In this document: piece by piece, positions 12,299 to 24,822 of the stretch
How the letters are laid out: the number at the start of each line of letters is the position of its first letter
Position numbering within the stretch: the first letter of the stretch is position 1
Source of the DNA: Coniocarpon cinnabarinum
Lineage: Eukaryota
Direction of reading: 5' to 3'
Assembly (NCBI GenBank): GCA_051942205.1
Contig: JAVECO010000001.1
Span: forward strand, 248,001-312,000
DNA length: 64,000 nt
The notes under the pieces: model-generated
The model's database searches: none
What the model was told of the DNA's origin: nothing
What the model saw: the letters and a program-made list of their open reading frames with translations, nothing else
Translations under genes and position numbers: made by a program

Positions 12299-13853
12299 AT
12301 GATGGTTGCGCCTGCGTTTGGATTTTCTGTGGGTGACCTGGCTACAGCAGTCCGGCTACTCAACAGCATCCGCAAAGCTCTCAGAGCGACAGATGGAGCT
12401 CAAAATCATTTCCAACACACCATCCAACGCATTGAAAATCTTGTAGATATATTAAAGTGCCTCCAGTCTTTGTCTGGCATATCCTCTGACCTGGATCCCG
12501 ACCGCTCAATTTGGAAACAAGCAAGCACTTGTCAGCAACACCTTCAAGACTTTGTTGACAGTCAAGAGAAATTTTGGAAGCGTCTTGGACCGACGACCTC
12601 TCCAAAATGGGGCCTGAAAACTAGCTGGCGGAAAATCGAGTGGAGCCTGTCCGCAGCCAAAGACGTCGAGAAACTGTGGCAAGACGTCAGGCAAGATATG
12701 GACACCATACAATTGGCAGTGAGCTTGCATGGGATCAAGAGCTTCGCTGTCGCACATAGGAAGCAGCTGGCTTTACTGCACACACTTTCTACATCGAGCG
12801 CACAGGGAGTCATTGAGAAAGAAGCTGCAGAGCGAAACAGGTTGATCAAAGCGGCATCTCCGGGTCTCAATTGGGACGTGGGATCGCATGCATGGGTCGG
12901 TGCTGGGGCGAATGTAGTGGAGGGGCCACAACGTCTCGAGCACGTCCCATACGCACAGATCAACGGGAATATTGGCCCAGGAGCATTGGTATCAGTGAAG
13001 TAAGAGCCGTTCTTTGCCGATTTCCTAGGCTGAAGGACTGACAAGTTGGAGAACACTGGAATTAGCTTATGCTGTATGGGCATTCATCAGACTCTCGTAA
13101 GTGCGCACAAATGTTCTTAATCCTTGAGGCTTCAGCGCACGTCGCGTTTGACCGGTGCATCTGGCGTACTCTTGCCTGCGGTCCGACAGTGGATCTTGGT
13201 CTGGGACAGGATCTCGGCGGTTTCACCCTCGCTGCACGAAGATGTCATCGTTTTTCAAGATCTACCGAACGATACCTGTAGGCTCCCATTCGAAATTTTC
13301 CGATCACCACGGATCTTCCATGCTATGCTCCTGGACAGGTTTGAGGAATCGCCATTATTCCCTCTTCTTGTCCGCCAACATTACTGCCTTGTCACAACGA
13401 CCAACCCGCCAACTATCTTAACAGACTCTAAGTCGTGGCGGTCGGCGGTAAAACCAGGTGGAATTCTGCGCATGATTATCATCATCCGGGTATTGCGAAT
13501 GGAGAACCTGCAGGCCTGTTACATGTGCGGACGCCTCGAAGGGAATATTGCAGTAGGAGGAGCAGACAAAATCGCTTGGTGAGTGAAAACTTATTGCGCT
13601 TCGAGATCGCGCTTTGCTAAATACGAAAAGTTGGGCATGCATCTTCCCCCAGCCACGTTCATTGAACCGTTCTACGACCGCAAGGGTGATAAACAGCGAA
13701 CTACCTATGGAGTCGTCAATGGACGCAGCACTCGTCCTTAAGCAAGAAGGTCCGGATGTCATATCACGTTTGGCTGACCTGGTGACTGCACAACGGGTCT
13801 TGTTTCATCCGCGGCCTGAAACATCTGTGACAAGAAATCTTTCACACGAGTAA
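12299..13853 (+). CDS. Fungal STAND N-terminal (HeLo-like) domain + fungal ubiquitin-like domain + CxxC..CxxC zinc ribbon; multi-exon, middle splice junctions unresolved
   Basis: N-term FGFSVGDL...WRKIEWSL typical of HeLo-like N domains. FQDLPNDTCRLPFE..F..ML..RF...W...VKPG..M resembles fungal ubiquitin-like domains. CYMC plus spliced CWAC (intron 13579-13630). Confidence 0.65.
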
Positions 13854-14704
13854 ATCTTTGGGATAACCCGTTTCTTGTGAGGCGTGACCTTCCCGATAGT
13901 ACCATCTTTGTAGGATGAACGAAAGATGTAACAAGTGGCCAAATTTACGAGGAAAGTGATGATACCATGAAGGCAAGTGCATCTCCAGATGCGACGCCGC
14001 ATTGGGAGCACCACCATCGCAGGCGAATCATATCACCGCACATCAGCAGCAGGATTGCTTGGTCAAGCAACTATAGGCATCCTGGTTTTATCGAGATGTC
14101 TGTGCCATCAGACACAAAGAACAGCAGAAAAGAGTCCGAGGCCAGGTTGCATAAGTGGTAGTGCATAGACTCACCCTAAAAGTGGGCTCCACTCAGTCAG
14201 ATTGTTGTAGTAGATCAACATCTAGCAATTTGTCGTAATAGTAAATCCAGAACGTCGTTTCCCCACAACCTAAGTCTTTAGGGTGTAAGTAAATGACCTG
14301 TAATTAATGCTGTTAGATTCGCGCCACGATTCTTGTTACCGTATCTGGGTCACAGTGTAGTCACGTGCGATCTCTTTCGAAATACATAGGTACCTTAGGG
14401 GAAAAGGCAGGGTAGATTTTACGGTGTTTTTGTGGACATAGTTTACAAACCGTTGTTCAACGGTTAGCATGCTTCCAACTAAACACCCAGCTAATAAATT
14501 CTATAAATCTTGTGCGATAAATGTGCATTATATCTACCTGCATTTTATCCGTGTTTAGCGCACGTCAGTCAGGGGTTTTAGCGTAAGGGCTTCGTAAAGG
14601 CTCGTCGACTAGACTCAATAAATTCTGTCCACGGCCCATGTCAAGAATATTTCCAATTTTTTCGATTCTACCCTCCATGTTTGAAAGTTTTGGCGATCTT
14701 TCAA

Positions 14705-15672
14705 TTAAGCTTTGAACGCCGTGAAGTTGTGTATGTTGAAACGTGTGTACATGCCCGCTCGAACGTCTTCTTCTGCACCGCTCCTAGTGTCAGCTATCCT
14801 CTCCGGCGTCCATGATTCGAGCGCGTTGAGACCCGCTTGGTGCCTGATGGTGGCCTCGGCTCCGTCTACCAGTGCCATAGTAGCCATCTCTCGCAGCTCA
14901 GGAAGTCGATCGCTGCTTGCGACATCCATTTCCACACCTTGCATTCCTATCTTTGCTCGAGTCAGCTTTACGAACGCTGCTATTTGCGATTCATATTGGC
15001 TGTGCCTACCTCGGTGAGGACCGGCTGCAGTGTCGAAACCCCGGCGTTCAGTCGTTCACCAAGTATATCCAACAAGCACTGGCAGATGTCGTCAAGCCCA
15101 CGTCGCGAGGCGTTGACACCGCTGCGAAGCGCAGGCACCGCGTCTTGCATGCGAAGCTCCGTCCACATCAGCGCTCCACCAGGTTTCAGCATTGCCTGGG
15201 CGCATTTTGCAGCCTTGGGCCAGTCGTCACGACCCATTCCGGCAATGATAAGGCGAATGTGCACGAGGTCGAACCTTTCCTCAAAGTCGCTCGGACACGG
15301 CTCACGTGCATCGTGCACGTGGAAGGTGAAGTTCTCAGGCGCTTCAGTCGGGAACGATGCGTCACTGATGTCGAAGCCGGTGAATTCGTGCCTGCCACGC
15401 TCAGTCTCTCGTTCAAGAGCGCGCATGAAGGCCCCTGTTCCAGTAGCTATATCCGCGACGCGTGCCACATCCTTGTTGAGCACAGGATGGAGACGGGGAT
15501 GAAGCGTGAAGCCGTTGCATCTTCATTCCCACACTGTAAGTACATTCGGCACATGTGGATGAGCAGTAAGTCGCACTCACTTTGAGATCACATCTTGCAG
15601 CGCGTTGAGTCTCTGGACCTCTGCACCGCCATGAGGTAGAGCGTATACGACACCGCTCTTCGTGGAGGCCAT
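14705..15672 (-). CDS. SAM-dependent methyltransferase (LaeA-like/Methyltransf_23 type), 3 exons
   Basis: MASTKSGVVYALPHGGAEVQRLN; motif I VADIATGTG; GFDIS; FDLVHIR; LKPGGALMWTE. GT-AG introns near 15580 and 15010. Confidence 0.85.
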
Positions 15673-16825
15673 TGACGCGGTCAGTCTTCCATTAAGACAT
15701 GGCATGCGAAGACTCATAATAATGAGCCCTGAGCGAGCCTTGCCAACCCGCTTACTGAAGCTGGGCGTTCCACTATTTCCTTGACGAAAGAAGATGCAAG
15801 GCTCGATAAATTCCTAATGCGGCTTAAATCTTTACGATGCTGGTAGCGAGCAAGCATTATATGTGTCGCCGAGGTCGATACAATGCGACTTGCTGCACTC
15901 TGATGTGCTTGTGCATAGAACTCGATGTCTCCGAAAGTTGGGCAGCAAGCACCACACACAAAGTTCATTGCCCGATTTCAGTCTAGGCGGCAAGCCTGTA
16001 CGATAAGCAAATTCCAGGTCAAAGAGCGATGGATACAGCGGCGAAAGCCTCCTGTGCTCATAATTTGCAGAATTAAAATGCGGCAAGTGCCCTTCTGTGA
16101 AGCGCTAACGATCGGCAAAGGCTAGTCAAGACATCAAGCTTGTCCGATGTGAATAATGGGGGTGATGAAGCTATGTGTATATCGGCGAAACCCCTTTACA
16201 ACTCACGAAATGCTGAATTGACATTCGGCGAATGCTGTTCTTATCAGGCTCTTGGGATGGTCTGCGAAACTGTTCTTGAGTCGGTGAAGGGGAGAGGATC
16301 ACGTGGTTTAGGTTTTCGTTTGGGATCATGCAGACATGTCATGCTTGCCCCATTTCCACTTCTATCGCACATTTTAAGCTTGAAAGCAGGTATCATCCCA
16401 TGCATGACTTTGCGCAGGCATTCAAACCTAAACCAAGACCTTGACCTGCTCGTCTTGGGTATTGTAATGTGGACTTTGATAGTAACCCTTAGCCAACACT
16501 TCACACCATGATCTGAGTATCTCGTTTCACCATGAATCACCACACCATAGCGCAAATGAAACATCTGATAGCGATTCAGCTTTAGCGGTGCTGCACGAGT
16601 ATATCGTCACTCCAGCGTGTCCTCTTCTGAAACCACGTGACAAGGTACCGAGTGCCCCACCAAGCTCATCATACGCGTCAATGTCCCTACCCATACCTAG
16701 AGCTGCTCAGAAGGAGTGCGGGCTTATCAATCGAGACATTCTGAGACATACTACCGTCACAATCGTTAGGAAATCCAAATAGCAAGCGCGGTACCGCCAC
16801 CGCTTTTCCCCGCCGTGATCTAAAC

Positions 16826-18819
16826 ATGGCTAAACCCCAGGATTGGGAGAGCATCGCGTCAAGAACGCAAAAGCATCGAGATGACAGCATTCTCAAGGCG
16901 CCTGGATATGCAGACATCGAGGCCAAGCTTCGTGACATTCAATTGTCACGAAATGTCACGAGTGTTGCAGAACAGGTACTAAGTAAAGAGGACCTTGCCA
17001 TTACAAGCCAAGATCCCGAGACTCTCCTACATAACCTAGCAACTCGGAAACTCTCCAGCGTTGCAGTTGCCAGTGCTTTTCTCAATCGGGCGGCACTCGC
17101 GCAGAGGTTGGTTAGTTGCCACTCACCGTGGCCGCACGAGCATTTAAGTGAAAGAGCTCAGAACGTGTAGGTGAACTGTCTCACAGAGCTTCTTCCGGAG
17201 AGCGCTCTTCAACGTGCGAGAGAATTGGATGATTACATTCAGACGCATGGAAAGCCAGTTGGCCCTCTTCACGGTCTGCCCATCAGTGTCAAGATCAATG
17301 TGGGCATGAAAGGGCGCACATTCAACTGTGCGTTCGTTAGCCAAGCAGATGACGTTGCTGAGGCTGATGCGACGATCATATCGATCTTGCTAAATGCGGG
17401 TGCCGTTCTGCATACTAGAACTAGTGGGCCGCAGATCTTGGTTCGTGTGCCAAGTATGGTTGACACTGCTCTAGCAATTGCTAATGAAGTGCCAGATGCA
17501 TTTGGAGAGTTCAAGCAATCTCTATGGCACAATAGTCAATCCCTTCAACGCTCACTTGACAGCTGGAGGCTCATCTGGAGGCGAAGGCGCACTGCAAGCC
17601 TTGCGTGGGAGTGTTCTAGGCATAGGCGGCGATATTGGCGGCAGTAAGCATCAAAGCCGCGGGCGTGCCGATCCAGCACTGAGATCATAGTACAGGCATC
17701 CGCAACCCCGCTGCAAATAACGGATTATACGGTCTGAAGCCAAGTGTTTTTCGTCTTCCCAGAGGGGGCGGAAGCGCTCCGTTTCCAGGCAACGAGCAAA
17801 TCATGTCGACTGCAGGCCCTATTAGTACATCCTTGGCTGGTATGCAAGTATTCATGAAAGCCATTATCGATCGACAGCCCTGGATAGCTGAGCCTTGGGT
17901 AAATCCGATTCCATGGAGGCAGCATGTCCCTGATCCTTCGAAAAGAATCAGGATAGCTGTCATGAGGGATGATGGAGTGGTGAGACCACATCCACCTATT
18001 CTGCGCGCCTTGGAAGAGACCTTGGAGAAGCTGCGTCAGGACAGAAATATTGAATTGTCTGAATGGATACCTTGGAGGCACGATTACGCTTGGGAACTCA
18101 TTGTAGGTGATGAACGGAACGATCAATGCGTTGGCAATCACTGACCATCATTAGCTAAAACTCTTCTTTTCTGATGGTGCCGAAGGTGTCAGAGAGCAAT
18201 TTGACGCATCTGGAGAGCCGATGAAGTCTTTGTCGAAATGGATACTTGAAGAGCAAGCCTCTCCGCACACCAAACTTGACGCGAGAGGCATCTGGCAGAT
18301 TACTAAGGAGAGGGACCAGTATCGAGCGGCGTACAACCAGAGATGGAACGACACTGGATCCGGCAAGGACTCGTTAGGGAATCCAGTCAATACAGTGGAT
18401 GCGATCCTGTGCCCTGCCGGACCTGGTGCTGCGCCGCCTTTGGAATGCGCTCGATATTGGGCTTACACGTCGCAATGGAACCTGTTGGACTATTCTGCAC
18501 TTGTCTTTCCGGTGAGGCGCAGAGACCGACGGAAACCCGGTGAAGTGTCGTGACTGCTGACGCCGGTGCTGTAGGTCTCCAAGGCTGACCCGTCACGCGA
18601 CCACGCGGAACCCTCTTACAAGCCCCGCAATGCAGACGATGCGTACAACCATGCGCTGTGTAAGTGGTGAGACTGTCTGTAAGCGATGACGCCTGCTGAT
18701 AGCGACCAGATGTGCCTGAAAAGTATCAAGATGCACCGCTGTCACTGCAGCTGGTCGGTCGCAGGTACGACGAAGAGAAGTTGATTAGTATCATGGAACG
18801 CATCGAGAAACTGCTGTAG
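16826..18819 (+). CDS. Amidase signature family enzyme (acetamidase/general amidase-like), about 7 exons
   Basis: GPLHGLPISVK, AGGSSGGEGAL, GGDIGGS|IRNPAANNGLYGLKP, YTSQWNLLDY, PLSLQLVGRRYDEEK. Introns e.g. 17111-17170. Confidence 0.9.
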
Positions 18820-19830
18820 GACATTTGTGTGTTTGCAGGCGCCGATATACCATTTCCGTATTTGATCAAAAAGCATAAAAGCCTGCAAGTCGGTGAGTCA
18901 TTGAGATCCCTGTGGTATGAATGTCTAAGTTGCGAACTGCATGCGTCAAAACACTCCGCAGCTCCGCCTTAGAGTCACGTGTGAAACTGTGGTGCCTTGC
19001 AGGCAACACCCATGCCAAGATGACGTTTGCGTCGCCGGTCGCTTTACCTGCTTTCGCAGACTCTGGACATTCGACGCTCAGCATGCAGAAGAGCGCCACA
19101 TTCTTGGTATCTTTGGCATACCTAGAGCTGAAATGGCATCCCGGTGAGAGACCTTCGCTTAGATCAAGAGACACATTCAAATAAGGTTTTCTCACCGAGC
19201 ACGTGTTCATATAATCTAATATATATCACCGGAGTTAGCTTATCCCCGGGCCGCCGCCGAGGCCACCAACGATTGGCGGAAATTCCAATGCTTGCCTGGC
19301 CCCATCTTTTGTATGAGTTGAAGTTACTCAGCTGCATCATATTTCTTTTTTTGTCCCTCTTCTTGACCTCTTCGTAGTATGCATCGCTGCGGCGTGGATC
19401 ATCATGCCAGTGCCACGCGTGAGCCTCGCGAGCAGCGCCGCTTACTTGCATCGTGATCGTCTTGCTCCAAGCCCCCTACGTGGGATAAGCACAAGCTGGT
19501 CGCATCGTGGCTCTGTTATCGTGAAAGCACTCGGTCTTGCGAACTCGTCAGGGTGATTAGGTGTTCGGTAATGATGATGCTCTGCATCCTCAAACGAGTG
19601 CTGTGGACGATGATTCATAGCTAGCTAGCTGATTAGTCCTCGCACTAAACGTGGTGGAGCTTTTTGCCACTGCCGCAAGGCAGCCAAAGGAAAACGTAGC
19701 GTGATGTGGCTCAGTCGACAAACAACGAGCTTCGGCATAAAACGCTTAATTTCTTCCTGGAAATTCATCATTACTTTCATTTCCTTCATTCAACCTCATC
19801 AACCCACAAGCTGCACCGGCTAGGCTAGCC

Positions 19831-21576
19831 ATGTCGAGCACCTCAAGTGATGTGGCGAACGCCGCGACCAGCTCATTCGCAGTTCCATCTCAAATGCTTG
19901 AATCTTTCATACCAGGCTTTGGCATCATCAGCCAACTCCTGAAGTCATCTCTGGGTATCGATGTGACCGCCATTGTGACAGTACTCTTTGTGTTAGCTGC
20001 CGCGACCGGCGCTCTCAAATATGCCGGACGAGCTATCTATCGTTTCTTTATGTATGCCTTTACTTCAGAGGTCATGATAACGTCCAACGACAAATTGTAC
20101 GAACAGTTCATGTACTAGCTCTCGCAACAAAAATTCGCATCGACCTCACGATCACTCCGAGCCACCACCCGCAAGGAACGCGAAGAGGGCAGGCATGGCA
20201 GACGTGGACGAGGAAGCGAGGCTCCGAACTTCTACTTTGCAGAGATCGAATCAAACACGCCACCAGACTTTACGCCAGCATACGGCTGGCATCGGCTGTG
20301 GTACCAGGGTACTCCGATTTTGCTCTCCCGCGAGAAGGACAAGGACAAACTTCTTGACATGACCGGCTGGGACGCCAAGCAGGATGAAAAAGAGACCATA
20401 TATCTGAAATGCTTCGGCTGGTCTGCAGCGCCGCTGAAGAGGCTTCTCATGACATGCAAACGCTTTGACGCGGATCTTCACCGTTCCACCACCACGGTCC
20501 GCCGCTCCGCACAGGGCCAGCAATCACACTGGGTCCGCGCCATTACCCGTCCGTCTCGCTCCGTCGATACTGTTTTCATGGACGAAAAGGTGAAAACCGA
20601 CTTGATGGAGGATCTCCGCGAGTATCTCGATCCCAACACGCCGATCTTCTACGCCCGGCGCGGCATTCCCTACCGACGCGGCTACCTGTTCCACGGCCCA
20701 CCAGGCACGGGAAAAACGAGTCTGTCCTTTGCACTGGCAGGAACCTTCGGCTTCGAGCTGTATACAGTCTCTCTGAAGGAGCCCTTCATGTCCGGGCACA
20801 AGCTGACGCAACTCTTTTCCGCACTGCCCTCTCGCTGCATCGTTCTCGTCGAGGATGTCGACGCCGCTGGTCTGCAAAAGCGGGACGACACCCGTCAAGT
20901 CAAGGATGGCAAAGACAAAGACGGTGGCAAGGATAAGGACGACAAACCGAAGGAGAGCGGCGTCGTTCGCATTCGCAATGATACGCGTCAATACGGCAAT
21001 GCTTCGGTCACTTACGCCACCGCTGAAGGCATTACCCTCTCTGGCTTACTCAACGCTATCGACGGTGTCGCCAGCCAGGAGGGCCGCATCCTCGTGATGA
21101 CTTCTAATGACCCCGAATCCCTCGATAGCGCCCTCATCCGCCCCGGCCGCGTCGACAAGCAAGTCTACTTCGGCTACGCAACACGATACCACACCCGCCA
21201 GCTGTTCAACCAAATGTTCGTCGGAGACGAAACACATGACTCAACCAATAACACTGCCGCCTTCGACGACGAGAAGCGTTCAGAGACAAGCCACGACCGC
21301 AGTCGCCACACAGCAACGGAAATCGATCTCATGGCTACGAAATTTGCGGAACTCCTGCCTGAAGCCATGTTCTCGCCTGCAGAGATCCAAGGCTTTCTTC
21401 TGATGCGCCGTAAGAGTCCGCAGAAGGCGCTTGATGATGCGCCGAGATGGCGGGACGCACTAATGGCTGCGAGGAAGGCGGGGAGGAACATCTTGCAAGA
21501 GCATGGAGATGGTGATGTGGATGGCGACGCGAGCAACGACTCGAAGAAGCCGACGGTGAATGGGGTTGTGAACTAA
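19831..21576 (+). pseudogene. BCS1-like AAA ATPase (TM + BCS1_N + AAA) interrupted by one in-frame TAG at 20116-20118; pseudogene or recoded gene
   Basis: ORFs 19831-20118 and 20320-21576 share one frame with only this stop between them. GIPYRRGYLFHGPPGTGKTS, VLVEDVD, LSGLLNAIDGVASQEGRILVMTSN, DSALIRPGRVD and SPAEIQGFLL are intact. Confidence 0.8.
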
Positions 21577-22884
21577 GTTCTGATGGCCTGCACAGTCCTG
21601 CAGAAGACGAAGGTGAACGGGGTCATCGACTAGGGTCTGACGCATTGCACATTTCTGATGAACTTCCCGCTTCCTGGGACGATTTTCTTCATCACCATGA
21701 GCATTAGACTTTGAGTCTGCAACTGAGTGCTGGATGAGGGACGACGGGACGACGGGTCGACGCGCAAACGCGTTTGGGTTAGAGTCAAGCCTGCACTCTT
21801 TCAGGATGACTCTCATGATATTTCCTACTAGCTCTAATAATTTGTTCCTTGGCATGATTTAATGAAATGATTCGAAAGTCGTACGAATGACATGTACCTC
21901 AGCGACATCTGATGATTGTCTCTTAGCAGTATCTCTGTAGTATCTCTACAGTACGTTTGGCGTGTCTCTGCAGTATCGAATGACACGTTTCAAGCCACAT
22001 ACAACGACATTTTTCTCAGAGCTCCTCAAAGACATGTTTGTTAACTGTATCGAATTGAATATCGCTAGGCCGTATCTGATGGCATGGTCCTAGACCAGAC
22101 ATAATGACGTGCCTCTTGATCGTCTTCAGTGACACACTTCCAGCACTACCTGATAAAATCCTTCTGAGCAGTGTCTAACGACAAACGACATACCTCTACA
22201 TAAACGCTCCACCATGGAGATTTGGACGCTGGATTCATTCAGCTGTCTGAACAGCGGCCTCGTGTTAGCCGTCTAATCAATAGCATCATAGATAGTCAAT
22301 AAGTGCTATCGACACATATGAAGGATACAGACGAGACTGCACTTGACATCCTACAGGCATTATGAAGCTTTCATGTAAGAAGTCATTCTTAACACATAAA
22401 GTCAACAGAGAGATATGGCTCCAGCCTTCTCGACGCAGGCACTTTCAATATTCGAGAGACATTGCAAAATTAGCCTCCTCGTTCCTTGTCACAAACTTTC
22501 CCTTGCGTCATCCACTGAAGACTTCAGCCAGTGCTTTCACGAGTTTTGGGAACATCTTGCATGATCATCCATCTCCATTGCGTGCCATCTACTTCGCCAT
22601 TCCCTGTCCCGATGATGTTCCCCCGGCCTCTCGCTTACATATTAATAAGTTCGCCAAGTTTCTAGCAGCTGAGGCTCATTAAGATTTTTGGTTGCTTCTG
22701 TCGAGATCATGATTTTTCGCGTGTCAAATATGCGAAATTGAATAAATGTAAGCTATCTGGATACAGCTGGCTGGTTAATCCGTTAAGGGACGAAACGATG
22801 AAAATAAGCCATGGTGAGCGTGCGCCAAAATTAGCAAGCTTTCGTCGAAGCCATGTGCGCAGTATGAGTTTGCAAAAGTCGCTT

Positions 22885-24446
22885 TTATCGCGGGCGCAGA
22901 TACACATCCGGTCCACTCTGCTTGATGAACCATTGGTTGCGAACAACAAACGGCTTTTCAGGGTTTGCAAAGGTGATCTGCTTTGCGTTAGCGTCATGCG
23001 ATATCATGCAGTCATTGCGTTGCAGCTCACATCAAAATCACGGAAGAGACGCGCAACGCATTTGTACGTCTCGAGCACAGCAATATTGCGGCCGGTGCAA
23101 GTGCGCCTTCCCGCCCCGAACGTCAAATCTGCCTCTTTCATGCGGTCAAAGCGTGCCTGGTACTGGCCGTCCGTTTCGTTCTCGCTCTTCAGCCAGCGCT
23201 CTGGCATGAATTTATCAGCAGACGCGCCGTATGTTCTCGAGTCGTGGTTGACGACCCGTGGATTTATCCCAACGATAGTTCCCTGCGGCAGAACGCTCCC
23301 GTTCGACAGCTGGAGACCCTCTGTAGGAACCACGCGTTCAAGCGGCAAGCCGACGGATGGCGCAAATCTGAGAGTCTCCTTGACAACAGCATCGAGGTAT
23401 GGCATCTGCTGACAAGCTTTCCAGCTAACATGGTCGACTCCTTGTTGACTGCGAAGCTCGTTCACCAGCCTCGACTTGATTTTCTCGTCCCGTGCAACGT
23501 AGTAGACGGCTGCTTGAAGAGCTGCCGCCGTGGTGTCCGAGCCGGCAACGACATTCGCAATCATCCAAGCCATTTGTCGATCCGAAAGCTTCGTGCGAGA
23601 CTCGCCCTCCTCACTGTTTTGTTCTGCCTGGATAAAGAGATCGACAAAGTCATTCTGCGCCTGAGGATCGTACTGTTCGTCATTCCGGCGTTGCAGCAGA
23701 GTCTTTGCGGCAAAGTTGGCTGCGATCATTGCCTTGGGCTGACCGACGAGAACAAAGCGGTTCCTGAGCAAGGCACCGAGCCAAGGCATTTGTCCCACCA
23801 AGCCCAGATAGTTCAGGGTTTTCTCGTTCTGTTTCATAAACGCCCGCATTCCAGGATCGCCGTCAAGAAGTCCCAATCGACTCGAAAAGGTCATCTCCCC
23901 GATGACATCAAAAGCAAAGTATGCTAGGACCTCATTGATAGGGCAAGCAAGCTGTGGCATGGCATACTCGTCCATCAGCTTTTCTACGAGGTAATCTAGA
24001 GTCGAGTCGACGCGTCGCTCGAACTTTAACACGCTGGTCAAAGAGAATGAGCTCTTTATAGGCCTGAGAATGTAATCGTGCAGCTGCTCGTTGCGTGCAG
24101 AGAAATGGTTCTCCACGGACTTTCCTTCCACAACGTTGTCTCCGGCTGTATAAAAATCGCTTTTGAGGTATGGGTTGCGCGTTGAATAGAGTGTTTTTAT
24201 CAACGCTGGATCGGATATGGTTACGCAATTTGGACCCAAACGAACAAAATCGCCATACTTGCGATGCAGACGGAGCTGCGTGACATCTGAGTGCTCATTC
24301 CACACGTCAATCAGTCGCCAGATGTTTGTGAACCTCGCAATGAGTGGGCCCGGTATGCTGTTCAAAGGGTTTCTCAGCTGCTGCCAGACCCAGATAGACA
24401 GGGACAGTGCTACAGCGGTCAGCAGGAGCAGCAATGCCGAAGTCAT
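22885..24446 (-). CDS. Cytochrome P450 monooxygenase, 2 exons
   Basis: N-terminal TM anchor, IPGP, VRLGPN, AGSDTT (I-helix), KETLR (ExxR), PERW, heme motif FGAGRRTCTG. Last exon ITFANPEKPF...YLRPR* after an intron near 23027-22978. Confidence 0.93.
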
Positions 24447-24808
24447 GTTGGGGATAAGGTGAAGAGGATGTGACAGCTTCGAGTGAAGAGCGAACGTATG
24501 TGACAGGGCCAGCTATGATATGAACAGAAAGACACATGTCTTGAGTTGGCAGCCGCGATGCCGACCGCCATGGGTAAGCAGATGCGAGGCACGCGCCCCA
24601 CATCGAACCGTACATCAAGCAGGCGCCACGATGATTTGCGGACCCTACAGAAGGAAGCACCGTGATGCGTGCTAAATTTGCCTAGTCAGCCGCGGCGTTC
24701 CAGACGGCGCGTTGGCATGGCAAGCACTACTGAGCTTCATCCTTTGACGTCAAGTTCTTTTGATACCTAGACCTTTACCGACCCGCGAGCAACCGAACAT
24801 TTTAATAC

Positions 24809-24822
24809 TGATCACGTGATCA
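24809..24822. promoter_or_regulatory. Perfect 14-bp palindrome TGATCACGTGATCA (bHLH E-box) ~360 bp upstream of the P450
   Basis: Read directly from sequence; function inferred. Confidence 0.35.

Noticed and set aside
18866..19451. Short minus-strand ORFs between the amidase and BCS1-like gene
   Set aside because: No recognisable family or convincing splice structure.
21900..21980. Short imperfect repeats (agtatctct...)
   Set aside because: Only two or three degenerate units; not distinguishable from low-complexity intergenic DNA.
14705..24446. Methyltransferase + amidase + P450 as a secondary-metabolite cluster
   Set aside because: No backbone synthase, transporter or cluster transcription factor; kept only as part of the accessory-island finding.
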